Shown here piece by piece: positions 34,849-43,778 of a DNA stretch of 64,000 nt. The notes beneath the pieces were generated by a model, which was given only the letters and a program-made list of their open reading frames with translations, was not told the DNA's origin and did not search any database. The first letter of the stretch is position 1. Every line of letters begins with the position of its first letter. Source of the stretch: a virus (Duplodnaviria; Caudoviricetes); the IMG/VR virus record IMGVR_UViG_3300037067_009690, positions 20,250 through 84,249 of that record. One strand, written 5' to 3'. Position numbers and translations under genes: made by a program.

Positions 34849-35708
34849 AGTCGCTTCCCCTCAGTAGCGGCGGTTCCAGCAGTCGAAACAGCAGGAGCCT
34901 TCTGCGGCAGAATGTCGTCAGCGCTAACACGCTCCGAAGGGAACTCGTCCTCGATGCGAATCTCTCCGCGCTGCAACGACTTGAAAATCACAGTCAACTG
35001 GGCAATGTCGTGCTCAGTCCACTTCTCGCGTTTCCGATCCAGCCTCACCTCAAGCTGGTCAGCTGAGACCCCGATCATCCCGTACGCCTTGATCGCGTCG
35101 GCGACACGGACATCGAGGGGCTTCCCTCCGCCGTCCGTCAACGTCTTCGAGCACAGATCCTTAGCCTCCTCCGTGAACCACGGAGGGAGAATCGAGAAGA
35201 TCGCCTCCCGGAGACGCCGTGCCCCGTTGTTCGCGTTGTTCTCGTACACGTCGCGCATATCGACAAGCTTCTTCGTGCCATTCTTCGTGTCCCTCTTGTG
35301 GGGAACAACGAACGTCTGAGACGAACGCGTGTTGGTCTGCACATCCCACGCCCACGCCTGCATCTCCGAATATCCGTCGACATCGTCGCGACGCAACTCG
35401 GAGATCCCGTACTGAACATTCCCCCAGCACCTGGCCAATTCTCGGGCCAGGTGCACCGATGATCCCGTCACCGGCGACCCGCCGCGCGAGAACCGGTAGA
35501 ACGCCCGGTCGGCGAGACCAGGCTGCGCGCACGACGCCCGCATCTGCTCCATGGCCGCAGGGATAGACCTCGGCACCTGCTGGGCCACGACGATCGCGGC
35601 CTGCACCTCGGCGACGGCCCTGGACTGCTCCACTACTGTCGCCTGACCGACATGCCTCGGTGACGGGGCGGCCTGCACCCCCATGATTTCCTGCGCCGTG
35701 ACAGTCAT
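34845..35708 (-). CDS. single-strand annealing recombinase (RecT/Sak-like)
   Basis: EVQAA..VA...PR....A...LA..A.Y.F.RGG..V.G.SV.LARELARCWGN..YG; adjacent to RecE. Confidence 0.75.
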   Translation of the reverse strand: MTVTAQEIMGVQAAPSPRHVGQATVVEQSRAVAEVQAAIVVAQQVPRSIPAAMEQMRASCAQPGLADRAFYRFSRGGSPVTGSSVHLARELARCWGNVQYGISELRRDDVDGYSEMQAWAWDVQTNTRSSQTFVVPHKRDTKNGTKKLVDMRDVYENNANNGARRLREAIFSILPPWFTEEAKDLCSKTLTDGGGKPLDVRVADAIKAYGMIGVSADQLEVRLDRKREKWTEHDIAQLTVIFKSLQRGEIRIEDEFPSERVSADDILPQKAPAVSTAGTAATEGKRL

Positions 35709-36565
35709 GCTGCGACCTCAATCTCAGCTAGTTTCCTGCTCTCATACCAGTACGGAAGAGAGATGTGCTCTACGTCATCGGAATATCCTGGCCACTGGTC
35801 TGTCTCTCGGCATTCCGCGTAAACCCTGAGTGCCCTGCGGTTCAGGGCCCGGCCGATTTTCATTGCCGTCGAGTCGAGTTCGATGACGTTCACGAGATAC
35901 GGCGCGGTCTTCTCTTGGACGATGAACACGAACGCAGCGTCATAGGAGATGTCGAGGCATTCGACGCCGTCGAGATACCACGCGCCTTGTTGGTGGTACC
36001 CATACTCTGCTGCGGCGCGCTGGAACGCGTCGTTAGAGGCGCACCTTGCCGTCTTGTAGTCTGGGACGATCATTCTTCGTCCGCTGACCGGGTCGGGCAT
36101 GAAGTCGATGAGGGCACGCCGCCACACTCCGGTTTCGGGGTCAGGCCAGAACAGTGCCTGTTCTGGTTTCCCTGCGGCGTGGTTCAGTAGGGCCGCTGCG
36201 ATCGGGTGCCGGAGTAGTGCCGATGCCATCGCCGTGACGCACTGGTATTCGTCTGGGAGGACTGGGATGAGGCCTTCGGCGTACGCGTTGTCGCGCGCCT
36301 CTCTGGTGGCTTTCCGCCGGTAGTCGTCGGCGTCCAATTGGATGATGTCGGCGCCTGCGGAAAGGACCAGTCGGTGCGCGGCGTGCCCTAGGTCGAATAC
36401 GGCTTTGTGTGGCTGGCCGTGGAGTTGCTCGTGTCGGAATAGGGCCGGGCAGGATGGTGGGAGGAGCTTCCTGGCTCCAGATGACGAGAGGGATCCGCCC
36501 GGTATGGGGTCGGCGTGGTATTCGTCGGCGGTCATCGGGTGGATGCCAGCGTGGGTGACGGTCAT
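35705..36565 (-). CDS. RecE-like exonuclease (PD-(D/E)XK, DUF3799)
   Basis: EYHAD..SLSSSGARKLL.PSCPA.F, LG.AAH..VL, EQ..FW.D..TGV..RA..D, DYKT, YGYHQQ.AWY.DG. Confidence 0.9.
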   Translation of the reverse strand: MTVTHAGIHPMTADEYHADPIPGGSLSSSGARKLLPPSCPALFRHEQLHGQPHKAVFDLGHAAHRLVLSAGADIIQLDADDYRRKATREARDNAYAEGLIPVLPDEYQCVTAMASALLRHPIAAALLNHAAGKPEQALFWPDPETGVWRRALIDFMPDPVSGRRMIVPDYKTARCASNDAFQRAAAEYGYHQQGAWYLDGVECLDISYDAAFVFIVQEKTAPYLVNVIELDSTAMKIGRALNRRALRVYAECRETDQWPGYSDDVEHISLPYWYESRKLAEIEVAA

Positions 36566-36801
36566 GCGGTCACCTCGGCGGTGCCTGCTCGGACTGCGGC
36601 GCGGCACCAGCAGCACATGCCGTCGTCGCTGTCGGCGATCGAGTCGCAGGGCTCCAGTCGGGTTAGGTCGATTCCGTGGCAGGTCTCGACGTCCTCGTCG
36701 AGGAGGTCGTCGAGGATGTCGTCGGCGGTGCGGATCGACGCGATGAGGCGGGCGACGTCCTCGGGGTGGACGGTGGGCCGGGCCAGGGTCGGGGCGGTCA
36801 T
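36562..36801 (-). CDS. hypothetical protein
   Basis: coupled ORF. Confidence 0.55.
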   Translation of the reverse strand: MTAPTLARPTVHPEDVARLIASIRTADDILDDLLDEDVETCHGIDLTRLEPCDSIADSDDGMCCWCRAAVRAGTAEVTA

Positions 36802-37418
36802 CACGCGACCTCGGTCCGCGCGCATCGGGCGGTGATCCGCAGGTCGGTGAGGTCGATGTCGACGAGCTGGTCGTCGTCCTCGTCGTGGCAGTGGGCGTAG
36901 GGGGTCTCCTCGTGCGGGTGCACGGTCAGGACGACGATGACGTGCCGGTCGTCGGCGCGGGTCCGCCACGCCAGGGTGAGCCCTGTGGGGTCCTGCGGGT
37001 CGTAGACGGCGACGTCCCCGGGCTCGATCCTGCTGGTGACGGTGACGGGCCCGGTGGGGGTGCGGATCACGACCCGGTCAGGCTCGCGGTCGATGATCTG
37101 GTCGCGCCAGGGTCGGTCGGTGATGGCGTCGAGGGCCGTGGTGATGTCGCCCAGGGTTCCGACGGTGACGGTGATGCGGGCGCCGTCCACGTGGACGGCG
37201 GCGGGGATGTTCGCGTGCTGGAGGTCGGCGCGGTATTGGCCGGCGGTGATGCCGGGGAGGACCCCGGCCGCGGCGTACCTACGTGTCGCCCGACCGGCGT
37301 GTCCCGATTGGGCGACAGTGACGTCCGTCGCCCTGGATAGCCTGTCCTGAGGCGAATAACCCCCGTGACCGGGTTGTGCATCTGGTGCCGCGTACGGCAC
37401 CATGGCGACAGCGGACAT
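36801..37418 (-). CDS. hypothetical protein
   Basis: GAGAGGG RBS. Confidence 0.55.
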   Translation of the reverse strand: MSAVAMVPYAAPDAQPGHGGYSPQDRLSRATDVTVAQSGHAGRATRRYAAAGVLPGITAGQYRADLQHANIPAAVHVDGARITVTVGTLGDITTALDAITDRPWRDQIIDREPDRVVIRTPTGPVTVTSRIEPGDVAVYDPQDPTGLTLAWRTRADDRHVIVVLTVHPHEETPYAHCHDEDDDQLVDIDLTDLRITARCARTEVA

Positions 37419-37557
37419 GCAGGTGTCCCTCTCTGCACCCGTGGCGAGCTGGCAGCTGTGGCCGTGGGTGCGTGCTGGAGTGAGCGGTAGGTTGGAGGGC
37501 ACCCCCGCACGGAGCTGGAAGAGTCACGTGCGGGGGTTGCCCAGTCTCTGGGGGGAC

Positions 37558-37647
37558 TTAGACGATCAGGTGCCCGACGGCGCCAAAGATGATTGCCGCG
37601 ACGGCGCACATGATGACCGTGATCATCACGTATTCAGGGGTCCTCAC
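37558..37647 (-). CDS. 29-aa membrane peptide (not in ORF track)
   Basis: MRTPEYVMITVIMCAVAAIIFGAVGHLIV; GTGA coupling. Confidence 0.45.
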   Translation of the reverse strand: MRTPEYVMITVIMCAVAAIIFGAVGHLIV

Positions 37648-37874
37648 GCCGCACCGGCCAGCGCGCCGCGCCGGCTAGGGTCCGGCGACTCCTGGGAGTC
37701 CGGGTCATCGATCCACGCGTACCGTCTGCCGCGTCTCGGTGCTGGGGCTTCGTAGATGTGCCTCGACATCACCGGGTCGCGCCGGTAGTCGTGGAATGTC
37801 TTTACGTGCACGCCGAGCTGGGCGGCTATCTCCTCAGCCGTTCTCAGCTCGGAGCGGTCATGGGTTCTTGCCAT
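37644..37874 (-). CDS. excisionase/Cro-like HTH protein
   Basis: LRTAEEIAAQLGVHVKTF; first gene of the leftward replication operon. Confidence 0.7.
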   Translation of the reverse strand: MARTHDRSELRTAEEIAAQLGVHVKTFHDYRRDPVMSRHIYEAPAPRRGRRYAWIDDPDSQESPDPSRRGALAGAA

Positions 37875-37880
37875 GCCTGA

Positions 37881-37909
37881 ACCCTAGACCCCTTAGACTC
37901 CCTTGTCAA
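37881..37909 (-). promoter_or_regulatory. leftward promoter (leaderless)
   Basis: TTGACA-17-TAGGGT, 6 nt before ATG. Confidence 0.7.
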
Positions 37910-38006
37910 CCCTTACTCTCCGCTACCCGCCCGAGGATGGACTCATCCAGGCCGAGCGGAGAGTAGCCGCCGACACTGCCTCCCGCCCTGGCCTGCGCGC
38001 TACTCA

Positions 38007-38031
38007 GAGGGTGGTCACAGTGACCACCCTC
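38007..38031. repeat. 25-bp palindrome, copy 1
   Basis: GAGGGTGGTCAC-A-GTGACCACCCTC. Confidence 0.85.
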
Positions 38032-38442
38032 CCCAGGGGAAAAGAGAGGCCCCCGCGGCTGGTCTGCGGGGGCCCTCGTGCCACCCGGGACGTGAGCCGG
38101 GCGGCGAAGCACTCGGCCAGGTAACCAGCCTGGCGTCATGGTGCGTCGGCATAATAACCCACATCGGGCGTAGATCGCACGATCGCATCCGGCGCGCAAC
38201 CGTGCTACGTTCGCCCACGGCGTCATAGTGGCGCTGGCTCCCCCTAACCAGGGGATGGCCCCCAACCGCAAGGCGGGGCGGCGTGAAGACTGGACACGGA
38301 TACCTCAGTGCCGACGGGTGAGCACCCCATGGGGCCAGAGACAACCGGCCGGGCAGCCTCCTGATCCACCCGGTGACTCTGTCGATCACTGTGGGGGGTA
38401 AGGGGGGCGATTCCCTAGAGCCGTTGTCCTCGAAGCCTCCGG

Positions 38443-39030
38443 GTGGGCACTGAAAGGTCCAGGAACGAAGCCCCTGTATCTGACTTGGACTTAACCACAG
38501 ACAGGGGCTTCCTGGTGACATCGGTTAGGCGACGCAGCAAGACAATCTCTAAGACCAGCGGGAAAAAGTTCAGCGCGAATAGGAGCAACAAGCGCGGCGA
38601 CAAATCAATAAGCCCAGAGGTACGGAAACGCAACAGGGACGCGTACGCCGCGTGGCTGGAGGCGCAGCCGATAGATCCAAGAAAGCCATCCAGGCCAAGA
38701 TGGACCAGCAGTGAGTACGTATCGGAAGTAACGGTTACCGTCGGTGCCGAAACCTCCCGTACTGAACCTTCCTACACCCCGGAGCAGTTGCGCAGGATAA
38801 CAAAGGAGCGCGGGAGAATAAGCGAAAGAATGCGGTCACGGATAAAGCTGCGCGACAGGGGGACGTGCCGGTACTGTGGTGATATTCACGGGCCGTTCGA
38901 GATAGACCATGTGATCCCCGTGTCCCTGGGTGGGGATACTGCCATGCGCAATCTGGTCCTGGCGTGCCGGCAGTGTAACCAACGCAAGGGAAACCATGTC
39001 TGGAAACCTAAACCAGTCGGGCACTTCTAG
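38443..39030 (+). CDS. HNH endonuclease (start uncertain)
   Basis: RD..TCRYCG...EIDHVIP.S.GG.T..RNLVLAC..CN.RKG. Confidence 0.85.
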   Translation: MGTERSRNEAPVSDLDLTTDRGFLVTSVRRRSKTISKTSGKKFSANRSNKRGDKSISPEVRKRNRDAYAAWLEAQPIDPRKPSRPRWTSSEYVSEVTVTVGAETSRTEPSYTPEQLRRITKERGRISERMRSRIKLRDRGTCRYCGDIHGPFEIDHVIPVSLGGDTAMRNLVLACRQCNQRKGNHVWKPKPVGHF

Positions 39031-39108
39031 TGCGTGCGCGTGGTAGGGGTACGGGCTCCCTCCGCAACTCCCTCCGGAACACGGGGAAAACACGCCATGG
39101 TTCAGGTT

Positions 39109-39133
39109 GAGGGTGGTCACCGTGACCACCCTC
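39109..39133. repeat. 25-bp palindrome, copy 2
   Basis: GAGGGTGGTCAC-C-GTGACCACCCTC within a longer hairpin (about 39099-39145). Confidence 0.85.
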
Positions 39134-39365
39134 AAGGTCTGAACCCATTGGCTGCTCGTGCGGCGTCCCGGAGTCCCGCGTCCATGCCGGCCAGCCCGCG
39201 GACACCGGTCCGGTCGGCCTCGGCGAGGACCGCTATCGCCGCGTCATACGCGGCCTGCGCCAGGTTGGATCCCTGGTCCCGGCGGAGCTCCGCGACCATC
39301 ACCGCGGACAGGGCCCGGATGGCGGACTCCACCAGGACGGCTGTGGCGTCCAGCGACGGGCCCAT
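39132..39365 (-). CDS. hypothetical protein
   Basis: TGATG coupling. Confidence 0.5.
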   Translation of the reverse strand: MGPSLDATAVLVESAIRALSAVMVAELRRDQGSNLAQAAYDAAIAVLAEADRTGVRGLAGMDAGLRDAARAANGFRP

Positions 39366-39637
39366 CACGCCGGCACCCCCGCCGACAGTGCCGCGCACAT
39401 AGCGTCCACGCCGTCGAGGATCAGCACCGGGTCCCCGTCGTCCCCGATCTCCGGGGTGATCAGCGCGATCCGGCGCACGCCGCGGTGCAGGTACCCGGGG
39501 AGCAGCCACCAGTCGGCCTGCCCCTCGTCCTCCGTGAAAGATGGGAGTAGGGCGACGTCCCCGTCGTCCGTGACCAGCGGAAACAGGCCGGCCTTCACGG
39601 CGACGTTGGCGACACGCTGCGCATCGGTGGTCAACAC
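39365..39637 (-). CDS. hypothetical protein
   Basis: GAGGAGG RBS. Confidence 0.6.
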   Translation of the reverse strand: MLTTDAQRVANVAVKAGLFPLVTDDGDVALLPSFTEDEGQADWWLLPGYLHRGVRRIALITPEIGDDGDPVLILDGVDAMCAALSAGVPA

Positions 39638-39692
39638 GGATCCTCCTCGGGTGGATGGTGGCGGCCCCCGGATGAGGCCGCCGCCGGGGTGG

Positions 39693-40190
39693 TCAGGCGG
39701 TGGGTTGCCCGTTGTCGAGGACGAGCACTTCGCCGTCCCTGTCGGAGCGGAACACGACGGGGGCCATGTTGACGCCGTTACCGCTGTTCGTGGCCCATGC
39801 CGGTGCACTGATCCGCCCGACGAAGTAGCCCTTCCTCCGGTCGGTGGCGATCTTGCGTGCCGGGTCCTGCGCGCAGGAAGGACTGAACCAGGCGGTTCCA
39901 CCATCGGCGGTGGTGATGGCCCATGCCCAGCCGTAGCGGGTCTGGACCTCGCGGGCGTCGAGCATGGTCCCGTCGAGGTCGAAGAGCGCGGGGAACTCGG
40001 CGGTCCCGCCGTTCTCCAGGATCTCGGCCTGGACGTCGTAGAGGCGGGCCATGGAGTCGGCGGCCCATTGGGAGAGGAATCCGTCGGTGTCGCAGCTGTC
40101 GAACGATGCGGCGGAGCGGCGACGGGCTGCGGTGGCCTCGGCCCGGAGTTCAGCCGCGCGTGCGAGCTGGACTGGGGTGGCGGTGGTCAT
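39693..40190 (-). CDS. conserved actinophage hypothetical protein
   Basis: SF.SCDTDGFLSQWA...F.ALFDLDG..TRYG..W motif. Confidence 0.75.
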   Translation of the reverse strand: MTTATPVQLARAAELRAEATAARRRSAASFDSCDTDGFLSQWAADSMARLYDVQAEILENGGTAEFPALFDLDGTMLDAREVQTRYGWAWAITTADGGTAWFSPSCAQDPARKIATDRRKGYFVGRISAPAWATNSGNGVNMAPVVFRSDRDGEVLVLDNGQPTA

Positions 40191-40245
40191 CGGATGCTCC
40201 TCTCGGGTGGTGGCCCCCACCGGGCGGGCGGGGACCAGGCGGGGG

Positions 40246-40563
40246 TCAGGCCAGGTGCTTGAGGCACGGCATGACCCGGGCGTCGTGGCGGAAGCAGTAC
40301 TCGACCTCGGCGGCCCACTCGGGGGTGCCTGGGCCGGCGTTGTCCGTGGCGATGTCACCCCAGATGTCCTCGGCGAGTTTGCGGAGGGTGTCCATGTCGG
40401 CGGGGTGGGTCTCCACCTCCCAGGCCTTGGCCCCCTTCAGGTCACGGCATCCGGGGGAGTGGAACTCGGTGGTCCCATTGCCGGGGGTGCGGGTGGTGGC
40501 CTGGGTGGCCAGCGGCCGGTCCAGGTCGGGTGCGGTGCGGCTGATGGCTGCGGTTGCTGGCAT
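40246..40563 (-). CDS. hypothetical protein (leaderless)
   Basis: ATG 6 nt after CACACT -10. Confidence 0.6.
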   Translation of the reverse strand: MPATAAISRTAPDLDRPLATQATTRTPGNGTTEFHSPGCRDLKGAKAWEVETHPADMDTLRKLAEDIWGDIATDNAGPGTPEWAAEVEYCFRHDARVMPCLKHLA

Positions 40564-40569
40564 GTCTCC

Positions 40570-40650
40570 AGTGTGCACCCCGGGTGGGAGGAAGTCAACT
40601 ACACACAAGCACAAGCTGTAGTTGACTCATGGGGAGATGTAGTGCATGCT
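40570..40650. promoter_or_regulatory. back-to-back divergent promoters with an 11-bp inverted repeat
   Basis: TTGACT-17-CACACT (minus) and TTGACT-17-CATGCT (plus); AGTCAACTACA...TGTAGTTGACT at 40593-40627. Confidence 0.7.
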
Positions 40651-40692
40651 GGTCACATCAGCAAGGGACACCACCTGAGGGGAGAACCAGCA

Positions 40693-40953
40693 GTGGCCGC
40701 CATCGACATCAGCGACGAGACCCGCGACTTCGTCGAGTTCCCCGCGCAGGTCCGGTACCGCGCCGCCCTCGCCGCCACCGGTCAGGCCGTGCGCCTCACC
40801 CAGCAATGGACCCGCGGCGGCGGACAGCACGTCTGGACCATCACCTCCGACGGCACCCAAACCTGGGCCACCTCCGACGCCGACACCATCTGCCTCGACA
40901 CCTACCGGGGCATGGGCCGGTTCCTGTACACCTACGGACCCTTCAACGCCTGA
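40693..40953 (+). CDS. hypothetical protein
   Basis: GGGGAG RBS. Confidence 0.65.
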   Translation: MAAIDISDETRDFVEFPAQVRYRAALAATGQAVRLTQQWTRGGGQHVWTITSDGTQTWATSDADTICLDTYRGMGRFLYTYGPFNA

Positions 40954-41004
40954 CCGACCCGGGGCCCGGGAAACCGGGCCCACCACCACAACAAGGAGGA
41001 CACC

Positions 41005-41628
41005 GTGCCCATCACCGACGCGCTCATCACCGTCACACCCGGCCGGTTGGCATTCATCGCCCGGATCACCGACGCCGACGGCCGCCCGATCCCCGACGAC
41101 GAGCACCCCTCGGATGAGCACAAGGGGATCCGCGGTGGACAGTTCATCGTCGAACTCGACGGCAATGGGACACCGTGGGTCGACCTCGTCGGTGACAAGG
41201 CCATGGAATATGGATGGGACATCGGGACGTACAGCTGGGCCGTTGGCGACGACGCAGAGACGTGGACGGCCAGAGCCAGAGACATGGGCGCTCGACCACA
41301 GCGATCCGAGGATCTAGCCGCACTTGCCCAGCCCCACGAGACCCGAGGCCAGGAGCCACCCGTCCTCGTGTGGACCGACGCCGACACCCGCTCCGTCACA
41401 ACCGGCACCATCGACGACTTCACCAGGTCACTCGCCCGATGCCCGGCCGACGAACAGCCGTTCGACCGGGTGTACGTCCTCGACGATGACGGAGGCCTGG
41501 CTGATGTCCACGTCGAGGAGGCGACCGGGAAGTTCGACGACGGTGACCGCGCGACGGTGACGGTCACCGTCATCAGCGACGGCCAGCGTGTCGCCACCGG
41601 GCACTACACGATCGATGGTCGCGCATGA
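41005..41628 (+). CDS. hypothetical protein
   Basis: AAGGAGG RBS. Confidence 0.7.
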   Translation: MPITDALITVTPGRLAFIARITDADGRPIPDDEHPSDEHKGIRGGQFIVELDGNGTPWVDLVGDKAMEYGWDIGTYSWAVGDDAETWTARARDMGARPQRSEDLAALAQPHETRGQEPPVLVWTDADTRSVTTGTIDDFTRSLARCPADEQPFDRVYVLDDDGGLADVHVEEATGKFDDGDRATVTVTVISDGQRVATGHYTIDGRA

Positions 41629-41840
41629 CCCGGACCGGGGGCCGCGCCCAGATCGGCACCACCGTCCAATCGGTGCGCCTCACCGACGCCATGCTCGCCC
41701 GCGTCGACGAGGTCGCTGCCGCCCACGGCATCACCCGGTCCAGGGCGATCCGGGCCCTCGTCGCCTGCGGCCTCACAGCCGACCCACTCAAGCTCGCCGC
41801 CGCCATCCACCAGCCGGCACCCGCCGAGGAGGACCAGTGA
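41625..41840 (+). CDS. ribbon-helix-helix (CopG-like) protein
   Basis: SVRLTDAMLARVDEVAAAHGITRSRAIRALV. Confidence 0.85.
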   Translation: MTRTGGRAQIGTTVQSVRLTDAMLARVDEVAAAHGITRSRAIRALVACGLTADPLKLAAAIHQPAPAEEDQ

Positions 41841-42307
41841 GGGCTTTGACGGTCCGGCAGCCATGGGCCTGGGCCATCGCACACGCGCACAAGGACATCG
41901 AGAACCGCACCCGGAACATCATCGGTGGGTACCACGGGACGGTCGCTATCCACGCGGCCCTGGCGTGGAGCGCAGACGGCGCCAGCGACAAGAACATTCT
42001 CGCGGCGTTCCAGAAATACCGCTGGCTCCACGAAGAACCAACACACCCTATTGACCCGGCGATGTACCAGGAGCGATTCACGCCGGGCGCAGTGATCGCC
42101 ACCGCCGAGATCCTCGGTGCCCACCGTCACGAGCCCGGGTGCTGCGAGTCGCCGTGGGCCATGCCCGGCCAGTGGCACATCAACCTCGGGTGCCCCATCG
42201 CCATACCTGAGCCAGTGCCGTGCCGGGGAGCCCTCGGACTGTGGCGCCTCGACAACACCGCATGGGCCGCCGTTGTCCGGCAGATCCAGACTGCCGCACC
42301 GTTCTGA
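41837..42307 (+). CDS. ASCH domain protein
   Basis: RALTVRQPWAWAI....KDIENR...IHA...CRGALGLW. Confidence 0.9.
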   Translation: MRALTVRQPWAWAIAHAHKDIENRTRNIIGGYHGTVAIHAALAWSADGASDKNILAAFQKYRWLHEEPTHPIDPAMYQERFTPGAVIATAEILGAHRHEPGCCESPWAMPGQWHINLGCPIAIPEPVPCRGALGLWRLDNTAWAAVVRQIQTAAPF

Positions 42308-42381
42308 TCATGAGGAGACCAACCGCAGGCCGCCGCCGAGGAGGATGCCAGGGCGTAGGATCCTGGCGCTTGGATTTCACA

Positions 42382-42415
42382 GTGGTGGCCACCCCCGGCC
42401 GGGGGTGGCCACCAC
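42382..42415. repeat. perfect 34-bp palindrome (possible terminator)
   Basis: GTGGTGGCCACCCCCGG|CCGGGGGTGGCCACCAC followed by ACTTTT. Confidence 0.75.
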
Positions 42416-42539
42416 ACTTTTGTGGCTGGACCCATGTTTCGTTTCCGTATTCCGTCACCCGCGAAATACGGATCCTCCGCCCGGGTGAATCCCGCAGTCC
42501 CGGCTCAACCCCGCCACACCCCGGCCCGATACACCACCC

Positions 42540-42938
42540 ATGACCAGCGCACACATCGTCACCGGGACCACCCCATCCACTCGTGTCGGCGGCGAAACAC
42601 TCGACACCGTCCTCCACTGGACCCCCGAGGACCCCCTGCGCGTCCACGTCACGTGGCGGCACCCGGACGGCGTGTACACCCGGTGGGCGATCTCCCGGGA
42701 GCTCCTGCGTGACGGGATGATGGCCCGCGCCGGGCGCGGCGACCTGGTCGTCACCCCCGCGGGGGACCGGCTGCACCTGACCCTGCGCGCCCGGTCCGCC
42801 GAGTCGGAGACCGTGTCCATGGACATGGGCAGGGTGAGGCGGATGCTGATCCGCACCCACCTCATGGTGCCGATCGGCATGGAGGACATCGACGTGCAGG
42901 TCGCCGTGGACGGGGCCGTCACCGGGACCGCCCGTTGA
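42540..42938 (+). CDS. SsgA-family sporulation/cell-division protein
   Basis: L.W..EDP..V...W.ISRELL.DG...AG.GDL...P...L.L......L.RT...VP.G.E. Confidence 0.8.
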   Translation: MTSAHIVTGTTPSTRVGGETLDTVLHWTPEDPLRVHVTWRHPDGVYTRWAISRELLRDGMMARAGRGDLVVTPAGDRLHLTLRARSAESETVSMDMGRVRRMLIRTHLMVPIGMEDIDVQVAVDGAVTGTAR

Positions 42939-43132
42939 CCCGGCGGATGACCCTCGCCGAGTGGGTGCAGGTGCAGCCGGCGACGAGTGACGCGGACTGG
43001 GGTGTGGAGGTCGAGGTCATCGAGGCCAGGGACCGGCAGGCGGAGGCGAGGGCGGAGGCCGCGGCGAGGGAGACGGACCGCATGGGGTCCCTGGCCGGTC
43101 GCCGCGCGACGCGGGTGTGGCCCCGCCGATGA
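42935..43132 (+). CDS. hypothetical protein
   Basis: TTGA overlap. Confidence 0.45.
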   Translation: MTRRMTLAEWVQVQPATSDADWGVEVEVIEARDRQAEARAEAAARETDRMGSLAGRRATRVWPRR

Positions 43133-43252
43133 GACGACGAGGCCACAAGATCCGGGTCAACAGATCGCGTCGAGGATAGTCCGGGCCCGCCGTGACGGGG
43201 GTGGCAGGGCGGGCCCGGTCGCAGGCGTCTCGGGACACCCGCGACACCCACG

Positions 43253-43450
43253 CTACCGGCCCGTGGCCGCTGGCAGGTCGAACTCCCCGGCCTTGACGCC
43301 CGCGAGGAACGCCGCCCACTCGGCGGCGGTGAACGCCAGGACCGGGCCCCTCGGGTCCTTCGAGTCGCGGACCAGGGTCATGTCGCCGTCGCGGGCGACC
43401 TCGACGCAGTCCCCGGACATCGACGTAGTGGATTTCCGCCACACGATCAT
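43253..43450 (-). CDS. DUF397 domain protein
   Basis: WRKST.S..GDCVEVA....VRDSKDP.GPVL.F..AEW.AFL.GVK.GEF. Confidence 0.92.
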   Translation of the reverse strand: MIVWRKSTTSMSGDCVEVARDGDMTLVRDSKDPRGPVLAFTAAEWAAFLAGVKAGEFDLPAATGR

Positions 43451-43778
43451 AGGTTGTCCATTTCCGCCCCTTTGTTGGGTGGCCTCGCTGGCACGGCGCG
43501 GGCCAGCGAGGCCACCCGCAATCATGCCATCAGAAAGTCCCGAGGGGATGCGGATGGTGCTGGAGTCGGTGCGCGAGGAGATTGAGGGGTATCGGGCGGA
43601 TATTCCGGCGGGTGGCGCGCTGTATCCAATGTCCCCGGCTCGGGCTGGTTGACCGTTCGGGTGAGACAGCATCTCACCCGAACAGGTAACCACGGGGAAT
43701 GCGGCAATGTGTTTTGACTTTCCGCCGCCCATTGGATAGGAATGCACTATCCAACCAGCCTATCCTTAGGGGCATTCC

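Noticed and set aside
38443-39030. IscB/TnpB-type OMEGA nuclease
   Set aside because: Only an HNH motif in under 200 aa; no RuvC motifs or PLMP domain seen
43253-43747. 164-aa extended DUF397 ORF or an XRE-DUF397 pair
   Set aside because: Domain starts at ATG 43450; upstream sequence shows no HTH/DUF5753 motifs
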